This document shows, one piece after another, positions 32,336 through 40,068 of a stretch of DNA of 64,000 nt (position 1 is its first letter; the number at the start of each line of letters is the position of its first letter). Both the position numbers and the translations under genes were made by a program. A model generated the notes under the pieces. The model was not told the DNA's origin, made no database searches, and was given only the letters and a program-made list of their open reading frames with translations. Location of the stretch: assembly GCA_963707025.1 (NCBI GenBank), contig CAVPOM010000003.1, positions 128,001 to 192,000 on the forward strand. Reading direction: 5' to 3'. This stretch comes from an uncultured Verrucomicrobiae bacterium. Lineage in GTDB: Bacteria > Verrucomicrobiota > Verrucomicrobiia > Limisphaerales > Palsa-1400.

Positions 32336-32372
32336 TATGCGTATAATAAAACGCAAAATGCGTAAGTGTCAA
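32329..32372 (-). promoter_or_regulatory. Sigma70-type promoter with two palindromic operator boxes
   Basis: TTGACA (32372-32367), then TATTAT after ~18 bp. Palindromes TACGCAT-T-ATGCGTA (32329-32343) and ACGCA-AAA-TGCGT (32351-32363). Confidence 0.65.
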
Positions 32373-32479
32373 GCCTCCTTGCGGTTTTCTTTTGTATCCT
32401 AGTGACACTCCCGACTGGGCAACTTCATCGAAACGAGGTCGGTTAATGGTATTGTAATATATTCTGGCCTCGACATCCC

Positions 32480-32601
32480 TGTCACCGGTCACTTCAAAAC
32501 CAGCCAGCCGCGGTCGAATCAACCGGCCACTCTGAAGTGGTTTATTCATATCAGGTTCGTTGATCCATGCAAGGGGCTTTTCAAGCACTTCCTATCTGCT
32601 G
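32480..32601. repeat. Direct repeat copy B, with an IS21-like terminus (TGTCACCGG..., repeated AACCRGCCA motifs)
   Basis: TGTCACCGGTCACTTCAAAACCAGCCA...AACCGGCCA; no transposase adjacent. Confidence 0.65.
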
Positions 32602-33071
32602 ACTCCATTGAGTTCTCTAACCGCTCCTCCGGGGTCTGTCCGGCCAACTATTGGTGCGTAGCGACCATCAGCTTCCCGAAGGAGGAACAGAATGAATGTC
32701 CGCGGAGGAATTGTCGGGTTGGCAACGGGGGCGAAGGAGACAAAAGTTGGGCCATTAGGAACGTTGGCAATATTTAGGCCATCCGTGGTGCGGTAGTGGT
32801 GAAAGACAAAATCCCTTAGCGCCTTTTCGCCCTTCAGGACGGCGGATACGGTAAATCTAGTTTCGACGCCGATGACGGCCTGGCCAACGAAGCCTGGGAG
32901 GTCAATGTGCTCTTTGGTGTCGTGAGTGACTGTGGGCGTGGCAATGACCACCAAGTCAGACTTCTCAAGAAGCTCTTGATACGGCCAAATCCGAACGGCG
33001 CGTGCGGTGACGATGCCGATGAAGCCGAGGAGGAAGGCAGTTGTAAGCACGAGCAGACGGATAGTTTTCAT
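32592..33071 (-). CDS. Hypothetical secreted protein
   Basis: Signal peptide MKTIRLLVLTTAFLLGFIGIVTARA; ELLEKSDLVVIA...FILFL..DGRYAP. Confidence 0.75.
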   Translation of the reverse strand: MKTIRLLVLTTAFLLGFIGIVTARAVRIWPYQELLEKSDLVVIATPTVTHDTKEHIDLPGFVGQAVIGVETRFTVSAVLKGEKALRDFVFHHYRTTDGLNIANVPNGPTFVSFAPVANPTIPPRTFILFLLREADGRYAPIVGRTDPGGAVRELNGVSR

Positions 33072-33287
33072 ATTGTCCATTTGACGGAATCGGCCGCAAA
33101 ATGCTCCCACGCTGCCGCACCACGAAGTTCAGCAACAGCATGGGCGCGAGCGTGCGACCGTAATCCCATGCGCGCAGAATGGCCGGTTCGTGTCGAAAAG
33201 CGAGCCTCCTCCATAATCCGTCAGCAGCAAAGTAGAACGGGCAAAACCGGATAGCGAGCCATTGGTTGAATATCGCTTGATGCCTCT

Positions 33288-34256
33288 TCAAACCACATAC
33301 CGCGGCTCGTAAACCGGCCCCAGCCCGTGCTTGCGCAGCAGCTCCATGAACTTCCCGATCCCGCGCCGTTCATCCGATCCCAGATGATAATGAATGTGCC
33401 ACCCCAGATAATCCTTCCGAAAATTGTAATCAAATTCCGTCCGGCTCGAAATGATGTAATCCAGCGTGTCCATTCCGAAAGCCTTGGCCTCGCGCAACCG
33501 CCGCCGCAGCCCCGCGTTCGGAATCCGCCGCAGCGCCCACACCGCGTACACAAACGGCAGCCCCGTCATTTCATGCCACGCCGTCCCCAAATCCAGAATC
33601 TCGTGCGGGTGCGGCGCGCGGCTGAATTCAATCGCCCGGTCGCCAATCATAAAAACCGCCTCCAGCCCCGCCGCGCTTTCGTAGTCCGGCAGCGGCTTGA
33701 GCTGCGGCTTCAAGCCGCGCTCCGCCAAAACCACTTTGAGCAGGTTCAGGCTGGCCAGGGAAGCGCGGTCGCAATAAATTTCCCGCGCCTTTTCCAGCGG
33801 ACCGCGGTGCGCCAGAAAAACGCTTTGCACCTCCCCCAGCGACGCCACCGCGATGCCGTCAAGTATATCGTAACGGTCGTTGAACAAAACCTCCGTCACG
33901 CTCACCAGCGCCGCGTCCAGCTCATCCTGGCGCAGCCGCCGCGCCAGCTCCGCCGGCGGCACAAAAACAATCTGCTCCTCCAGTCCCCGCGTCAGCGGCG
34001 CCGCGTTCAGATAGGGCACCGAACCGACCCGGAAGGGCGCCAGCGCATCCTCCAGGGCCGCCTCCCGTTGCCGCAAGCCCGGCCGCCTTTCCCGCTCAAA
34101 GCGGTGGGCCAGTTCCTCCGCGGTTTCCTCCCGCGCCAACTGCGGCGCATCTGGTTCATGGAGGGAAACCTGCTGCTTCTTCTCCCTCTCCTCCGCACTC
34201 TTGTGGAGGAGAGGGTCGGGGTGAGGAGGTTTTCCCCCTCTCCTCCGGGCCTTCAT
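33288..34256 (-). CDS. mqnA: Chorismate dehydratase (futalosine pathway) with N-terminal extension
   Basis: RVGSVPYLNAAPL, GEVQSVFL, MIGDRAI, DLGTAWHEMTGLPFVYAVW. Start uncertain (see findings). Confidence 0.92.
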   Translation of the reverse strand: MKARRRGGKPPHPDPLLHKSAEEREKKQQVSLHEPDAPQLAREETAEELAHRFERERRPGLRQREAALEDALAPFRVGSVPYLNAAPLTRGLEEQIVFVPPAELARRLRQDELDAALVSVTEVLFNDRYDILDGIAVASLGEVQSVFLAHRGPLEKAREIYCDRASLASLNLLKVVLAERGLKPQLKPLPDYESAAGLEAVFMIGDRAIEFSRAPHPHEILDLGTAWHEMTGLPFVYAVWALRRIPNAGLRRRLREAKAFGMDTLDYIISSRTEFDYNFRKDYLGWHIHYHLGSDERRGIGKFMELLRKHGLGPVYEPRYVV

Positions 34257-34258
34257 GA
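34154..34258. repeat. REP/MITE-like palindromic insertion in the mqnA 5' region
   Basis: CCCTCTCCTCC...GGAGGAGAGGG hairpin bracketed by TTCATG motifs. Related hairpins at ~28014-28055 and ~47451-47490. Confidence 0.6.
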
Positions 34259-34342
34259 GCAGACCTGTAGCGATGGTTTGCCCGTGCCTTCGTCCTTTTC
34301 GTCCGTTCCGTCCTTTGGCTCCTTTTCCTGGTTCATAATTCC

Positions 34343-35512
34343 TCAGGCCGAGGCCAGATTTTCCTGCAAAATGGCGGACGCCCCGCTCTCCCTCGAAGCT
34401 TCCCGCTCCGGCGCCGTCTCCCACACCTTGATCGGCTGGTAAAAAGTATTGCGCTGCACCGCCGTGCGCCCCGTTTCCCGGATGGCCCTGACCATGTCCG
34501 TTTCCGTTTGCAACTGCGGCGTCCGCGCCCCCGCCATGTGAAAAATATTCTCCTCCAAAATGGTCCCGTGCAAATCATCCGCCCCGTAACTCAGCGCCAC
34601 CTGCGCCAGCTTCAATCCCATCCCCACCCAATAGGCCGTGATGTGGTCGAAATTATCCAGGTAAATCCGGCTCACCGCAATCGTGCGCAAGGCATCCAGA
34701 CCCGTCGGCGCCGTCTTCACCGCCATCCGGTTGTTGTCAGGCTGGTAGGGCAGGGGCACAAAACCGGTGAACCCGCCGGTCTCATCCTGCAACGCCCGCA
34801 GTTGGCGCAAATGATCCACCCGGTCCCCCGGCGACTCCACATGCCCATAGAGCATGGTGCAGGTGCTCCGGCCGCCCAGCCCGTGCCAAGTCCGGTGGAC
34901 GTCCAGATATTCCTCCGCCGATTCCTTCCCCCGCGCGATTTCTGAGCGCACCTCCTTGCGAAAAATCTCCGCCCCGCCGCCGGTCAGCGATCCCAGCCCG
35001 GCCTCCTTCAATTCCAGCAGCGTCTCTTTCACCGATTTTTTCGCCAGCCACGCCAGGTGCAAAATCTCAATCGCCGTGAAACATTTCAACTCCAGCCGCC
35101 CGTCCACCTCCCGCAGCGCCCGCAGCATCTCCGTGTAATAACCGAACGGGAGCGAGGGATGCAGCCCCCCCACAATATGCAACTCCGTCACCCCGGCCTT
35201 CAGCGCCGTCCGCGCCTTCTCCACCATCTCCTCCGTCGAAAGCTGGAACCCGTCCGCGTCCCGTTTCTTGCGCGCGAACGCGCAAAACTGGCAGCTCAAT
35301 ATGCAGTAATTGGAATAATTGATGTAGCAATTGACGATGTAACTGGCCCGGTTCCCGTTCTTGCGCGCCCGGGCCAGATCCGCGATGGCCCCCACCGCGT
35401 TCAGGTCACGGCTCTCAAAAAGGCGCAGCGCCTCCTCCTCCGTTATGCGCCCGCCCGCCGCGACTTTCTCATAAATGTCGCGCAGGCCGCTTTGTTGCAA
35501 AAAAAATTTCAC
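34343..35512 (-). CDS. mqnE: Aminofutalosine synthase (radical SAM)
   Basis: NYSNYCILSCQFCAF, ELHIVGGLHP, LTGGGAEIF, HITAYWVGMG, GTILEENIFHMAGA. GTG start. Confidence 0.93.
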   Translation of the reverse strand: MKFFLQQSGLRDIYEKVAAGGRITEEEALRLFESRDLNAVGAIADLARARKNGNRASYIVNCYINYSNYCILSCQFCAFARKKRDADGFQLSTEEMVEKARTALKAGVTELHIVGGLHPSLPFGYYTEMLRALREVDGRLELKCFTAIEILHLAWLAKKSVKETLLELKEAGLGSLTGGGAEIFRKEVRSEIARGKESAEEYLDVHRTWHGLGGRSTCTMLYGHVESPGDRVDHLRQLRALQDETGGFTGFVPLPYQPDNNRMAVKTAPTGLDALRTIAVSRIYLDNFDHITAYWVGMGLKLAQVALSYGADDLHGTILEENIFHMAGARTPQLQTETDMVRAIRETGRTAVQRNTFYQPIKVWETAPEREASRESGASAILQENLASA

Positions 35513-35517
35513 CTCTC

Positions 35518-35559
35518 AATCCTAATCTTAATCCTAATCTTAATCCTAATCTTAATCTC
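35518..35559. repeat. Hexamer tandem repeat (AATCYT)x7
   Basis: aatcct/aatctt units directly upstream of the mqnE start. Confidence 0.9.
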
Positions 35560-35677
35560 ATTCCCAGCCAAAGATATTTGAAATTTTGCCGCCAGCGCTC
35601 CCGCGATGACAACCGATGGGCCTGGGCCTTAACCAAAACAAACCACCGCCCGCGGCTCCGTGGCGGTTTAAGAAATT

Positions 35678-35773
35678 GTGTAGCCATAAATGAGGGTGGT
35701 AGGGCGCGCACTCCGTGCGCGCCGCGGCGGGCAATCCCGGCCTGCCGGGACCCTACCGTTTAATGCGGCTACA
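35678..35773. repeat. Nested REP-like palindrome
   Basis: Outer TGTAGCC...GGCTACA, inner GGTAGGG...CCCTACC with two hairpins. Confidence 0.6.
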
Positions 35774-35989
35774 GTATTTGTGAAACTGCTCCGGGCGCCT
35801 CCGGCCGCGCGCAAGGATAATCGGGTCCGTCCCGCGCCGAAACGGCGCCGTGCCCGTCCACCGTTGGAGGCGAAATGAAGAAGGGGGTTCGATTGCCTGC
35901 GCGCCCCGGCCTCAAAAAAGCCCCGGCAAAGTTGCGGCCGATCGGATTTTGGCCTTGCATCATCCGCCAGGCGTGTGCCAGGGTGAGGC

Positions 35990-36844
35990 ATGTCAAAGCC
36001 TGTTTCCCTGCTCGCGGCGGGATTGCTCAGTTGGGCGTTCAGCCTCAACCTGGCCCTCGCGGCGGAGGTAAAGCCGTTGCGCGCGCTTTTAATCACCGGC
36101 GGTTGCTGTCATGATTACGCCGCCCAAAAAGACCTCCTCAAAAAAGGGCTGGAAGCGCGGGCCAACGTCGTCGTGGATATCATTTATACAAACATTCCCG
36201 AAGGCGCTTCCGCGACCAAACCGCCCCTGCCCATTTATGGCAACTCCAATTATGCCAGCGGTTACAACGTGGTCATCCATGACGAATGCGCCGCCGATAT
36301 CAGCGATCCCGTCATCATCAAAGGCGTCCTGGCGCCGCATCGCGCCGGGATTCCAGGCGTGAATCTGCACTGCGCCATTCACTGCTATCGCATCGGCAAC
36401 CCCGGCCAGGCCGCCGCGGCCGGGTCGGAGCGCGCCGGGTGGTTTGAGTATCTGGGCATCCAATCCAGCGGCCACGGCGCGCAACTGCCCATCGCCATCA
36501 GTTACACCCCGGCCTATCACCCGATCACCCAAGGTCTGGCCGGCTGGACCACGACCAATGAAGAGCTTTACAACAACATTCAGATTTTTCCCACCGCCAC
36601 GCCACTGGCCCACGGCAAACAAAGCGTCAAGGACAGAAACGGCGCCGCCAGGGAGGATGATTACGTCGTCACCTGGGTCAACGACTTTCACGGCGCGCGC
36701 GTGTTCAACACGACCATTGGCCACAACAACAGCACGGTGGACGATCCCCGCTATCTGGATTTGGTCACGCGCGGTCTGCTCTGGGCTTGCGGAAAATTGG
36801 ATGAGAAGGGCGACATCCTGCCCGGTTACGGCCCAAAGAAATAA
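35990..36844 (+). CDS. Secreted ThuA-like (class I glutamine amidotransferase-like) domain protein
   Basis: Signal peptide, ALLITGGCCHDY, HPIT, EELY, RVFNTTIGH, LVTRGLLWA. Confidence 0.85.
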   Translation: MSKPVSLLAAGLLSWAFSLNLALAAEVKPLRALLITGGCCHDYAAQKDLLKKGLEARANVVVDIIYTNIPEGASATKPPLPIYGNSNYASGYNVVIHDECAADISDPVIIKGVLAPHRAGIPGVNLHCAIHCYRIGNPGQAAAAGSERAGWFEYLGIQSSGHGAQLPIAISYTPAYHPITQGLAGWTTTNEELYNNIQIFPTATPLAHGKQSVKDRNGAAREDDYVVTWVNDFHGARVFNTTIGHNNSTVDDPRYLDLVTRGLLWACGKLDEKGDILPGYGPKK

Positions 36845-36868
36845 CCCAACACCGCCGTCTTTGCACCC

Positions 36869-37714
36869 ATGCGCTTTGGCATCAACACCTTTCTCTTCAC
36901 CTCGCCTTTTACCAACCGCAGCGTCCGGCTCTTCCCGCAATTCAAGCGCTGGGGATTTGGCAGCGTGGAAATCGCCATCGAAGACCCCAGCCACATTGAT
37001 CCCGCCCGGGTGAAGCGGGAATTGGACCGGCACGGTTTGGTCTGCGGTTCCGTCAGCGCCTGCTTTGGGCCGGATCGCGATTTGCGGGGCGCGCCGAAGC
37101 AACAACAGGCCACCATGAACTACATGATGGGCGTGCTGGATCAGATGGCGGTCCTGAATTGTTCCACGGTGATCGGCCCGGTTTATTCTTCGGTCGGTCG
37201 CGCCGACGCCGTGCCGCCGACCGAATATCGCCGCCAATGGCGCACGGTGGTGAGAAACTTGAAAAGGCTCTGCCGGGAAGCCGAGGGCCGGGGCATACAA
37301 ATCTGCCTGGAGCCGTTGAACCGCTTTGAAACCGATTTCATCAACACCTGCGACCAGGCCTTGCAGATGGTGAACAACGTCGGCAGTCCGGCCTTGAGAA
37401 TCCTGCTGGACACCTTCCACATGAACATCGAAGAGAAGTTTCCGGCGGACGCCATTCGCAAGGCGGGCCGGCATCTGGGCCACCTGCATGCTTGCGGTAG
37501 CGATCGCGGCACGCCCGGCAACGACCACACCGACTGGAGTTCCATCGCGCAAGCCCTCCGCGACATCCGCTACCATGGCGACGTGGTGATCGAGTCCTTC
37601 ACGCCGGACGTAAAAGTCATCGCCCGCGCCGCCGCGATTTGGCGGCGCATCGAGCCGACGCGCGAAGAAATCGCCGTCAAAGGGCTGAAGTTTTTGCGGA
37701 AGGCGTTGCCTTAA
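36869..37714 (+). CDS. D-tagatose/D-psicose 3-epimerase-family TIM-barrel sugar epimerase
   Basis: LEPLNRFET, LDTFHMNIEE, HLH...DRGTPG, VIESF. Confidence 0.9.
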   Translation: MRFGINTFLFTSPFTNRSVRLFPQFKRWGFGSVEIAIEDPSHIDPARVKRELDRHGLVCGSVSACFGPDRDLRGAPKQQQATMNYMMGVLDQMAVLNCSTVIGPVYSSVGRADAVPPTEYRRQWRTVVRNLKRLCREAEGRGIQICLEPLNRFETDFINTCDQALQMVNNVGSPALRILLDTFHMNIEEKFPADAIRKAGRHLGHLHACGSDRGTPGNDHTDWSSIAQALRDIRYHGDVVIESFTPDVKVIARAAAIWRRIEPTREEIAVKGLKFLRKALP

Positions 37715-37769
37715 CCCATGGTTTGCCGCTGAGAAACATGAAAAGCGCCAGCCAGATCAAACCGAGCGT

Positions 37770-38648
37770 GTGAAGAAAACTATTTTGAGCCTCGCCTTGG
37801 GCGTCGCGGCCCTGACTACTTTGGGCGCCGACAAAAAGATCGTGTTCATCGCCGGCGCGCCCAGCCACGGGCCGGGCGAGCATGAACATCGCGCGGGCTG
37901 CCTCCTGCTCAAATCGTGCCTGGATAATTTGCCGGGGCTGACCACGGTTCTCTACAGCAACGGCTGGCCGGCCGCGCCCAACGCCTTGCAGGGCGCCGAC
38001 ACCATTGTGGTTTACAGCGACGGCGCCGGCGGACACCCGCTCTTGCAGCCCGGCCGGCTCAAGACCATGGGCGCGCTGATGGACCAGGGAGCGGGCCTGG
38101 TCTGCCTGCACTTCGCCGTCGAGCCGACCATTGAAAACGGCGAGAAAGAATTTCTGAACTGGATCGGCGGCGCCTTCGAAATCAACTGGTCGGTGAATCC
38201 CCTCTGGACGGCCAATTTCAAATCGTTGCCCGACCATCCCATCACCCGCGGCGTCAAGCCCTTCAAACTCCGGGATGAATGGTATTTTCACATGCGCTTC
38301 CGCGACGGCATGAAAGACGTGACGCCCATCCTGACCGCCGTTCCCGATCCGAGCACCACCAACCGCAACGATGGTCCGCACGAGGGCAACCCGGTCGTGC
38401 GCGAACTGGTCGCCCGCGGCGAACCGCAAGCCCTGGCCTGGGCGGTGGTGCGCGCCGATGGCGGACGGGGCTTTGCTTTGACCGGGGGCCATTATCACCG
38501 CAACTGGGGCGACGACAATCTCCGCAAGCTCGTGCTCAACGCCATCTTGTGGACGGCGAAAATCGAGGTCCCCCGGGACGGGGTCGCCTCGATGGTCGCC
38601 CCCGGCCAGCTCACTGAAAATCTCGACCCGAAGGCAAGGGGCCGTTAG
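37770..38648 (+). CDS. Secreted ThuA-like domain protein
   Basis: Signal peptide, GAPSHGPGEHEHRAG, LVCLHFAV, HPITRGV, DEWY, TGGHYH.NW. Confidence 0.85.
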   Translation: MKKTILSLALGVAALTTLGADKKIVFIAGAPSHGPGEHEHRAGCLLLKSCLDNLPGLTTVLYSNGWPAAPNALQGADTIVVYSDGAGGHPLLQPGRLKTMGALMDQGAGLVCLHFAVEPTIENGEKEFLNWIGGAFEINWSVNPLWTANFKSLPDHPITRGVKPFKLRDEWYFHMRFRDGMKDVTPILTAVPDPSTTNRNDGPHEGNPVVRELVARGEPQALAWAVVRADGGRGFALTGGHYHRNWGDDNLRKLVLNAILWTAKIEVPRDGVASMVAPGQLTENLDPKARGR

Positions 38649-38721
38649 CCGGAGGCAAAACGCACAGCCGGTTCCGGCCAGGTTCGGCATCGGATTAACC
38701 CATTAACAAACTGACAAAATT

Positions 38722-39996
38722 ATGAGCGAACAAGACAAAAGCAATTCTCCGTCTGCGGTCAACCGCCGCAGTTTCATCAAAAGCGCCTCCGCGGCCGCGG
38801 CCGGTTCGGCGGTCCTGGCCAACTTCCCCTTCGTCCTGACTTCCCACGCCGCGCCGGATGATCCCATCCGCATGGGTCTGATTGGTTGCGGCGGCCGGGG
38901 CACGGATGCCGTCGGCAACGCCATCGCCGCCGCCTCGAACGTGAAAATCGTCGCCGTGGCCGATGTCTTCGAGGACGTGGCTGGCAAGGCGGCCGCCAAG
39001 TTCACGGTGGATCCGGATCATTGTTTCTCCGGATTTGACGCCTACCAAAAACTGCTGGCCTTGCCCGACGTCAATTACGTCATCCTCGCCACGCCCCCCG
39101 GATTCCGGCCCATCCATTTTGAAGCCGCCGTCCAGGCCGGCAAGCACATCTTCTGCGAAAAACCCGTCGCCGTGGATGCCCCCGGCATCCGCCAGTTCAT
39201 CGCCGCCGGCGAACTGGCGCGCGAGAAAAAACTGTGTGTCGTGGCGGGAACGCAGCGCCGCCATCAAGCCAGCTACATGGAAACCATCCAGAAGATTCAC
39301 GACGGCGCCATCGGCGAGGTGCTGTGCCTTCGCGCCTACTGGAACGGAGGCGCCATCTGGCATCGGGGCGACAAATGGAACACCGAAATGGAACGGCAAG
39401 TCCACAATTGGTACCACTATGTCTGGCTCTGCGGCGACCATATCGTCGAACAACACGTCCATAACCTGGATGTCTGCAACTGGATCATGAACGGCCATCC
39501 CGTGCGGGCCTACGGCCAGGGCGGCCGCCAGGCCCTCGGCTCCAAGTCCGGCCACATCTTCGATCACTTCGCCATTGAGTACGAATACGCCAACGGCGTG
39601 CGCATGTTCAGCCAATGCCGGCAAATTGACCACACCGACAGCAACGTCAGCGAAGCCGTCGTCGGCTCGGCCGGCCGGTGCAACAATGTGGGGGACGGCA
39701 CCATCCAGGCCGCCAGCGTGATCCGGTTTGCCGGGCCAAAACCGAATTCCCAGATCGTCGAACACACCGACCTGATCGCCGCGGTGCGCGGGGTCAATCC
39801 TTACATCAACGAGGCCACCACGGTCGCGCACAGCACCATGACCGCCATCATGGGCCGGGAGTCGGCTTATAGCGGCGCCAAGATCTCTTGGGACGAAGCG
39901 ATGGGCTGGCAGACGTCCCTTATGCCCAAGCCGTTGGAATGGGGGCCGGCTTCGAAATTCGAAGTGGCCATTCCGGGCAAACACCAGATGACCTGA
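38722..39996 (+). CDS. Tat-exported Gfo/Idh/MocA oxidoreductase
   Basis: NRRSFIK twin-arginine motif, IGCGGRG, ATPPGFRP, CEKPVAVD, GTQRRH, EQHVHNLD. Confidence 0.92.
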   Translation: MSEQDKSNSPSAVNRRSFIKSASAAAAGSAVLANFPFVLTSHAAPDDPIRMGLIGCGGRGTDAVGNAIAAASNVKIVAVADVFEDVAGKAAAKFTVDPDHCFSGFDAYQKLLALPDVNYVILATPPGFRPIHFEAAVQAGKHIFCEKPVAVDAPGIRQFIAAGELAREKKLCVVAGTQRRHQASYMETIQKIHDGAIGEVLCLRAYWNGGAIWHRGDKWNTEMERQVHNWYHYVWLCGDHIVEQHVHNLDVCNWIMNGHPVRAYGQGGRQALGSKSGHIFDHFAIEYEYANGVRMFSQCRQIDHTDSNVSEAVVGSAGRCNNVGDGTIQAASVIRFAGPKPNSQIVEHTDLIAAVRGVNPYINEATTVAHSTMTAIMGRESAYSGAKISWDEAMGWQTSLMPKPLEWGPASKFEVAIPGKHQMT

Positions 39997-40068
39997 CCAA
40001 AACAGCGGCGATCATCGCTCCCGTGTGACTCATCGGCTTGGGAATGCCCTGTCGAAACTTTCCCGGCC

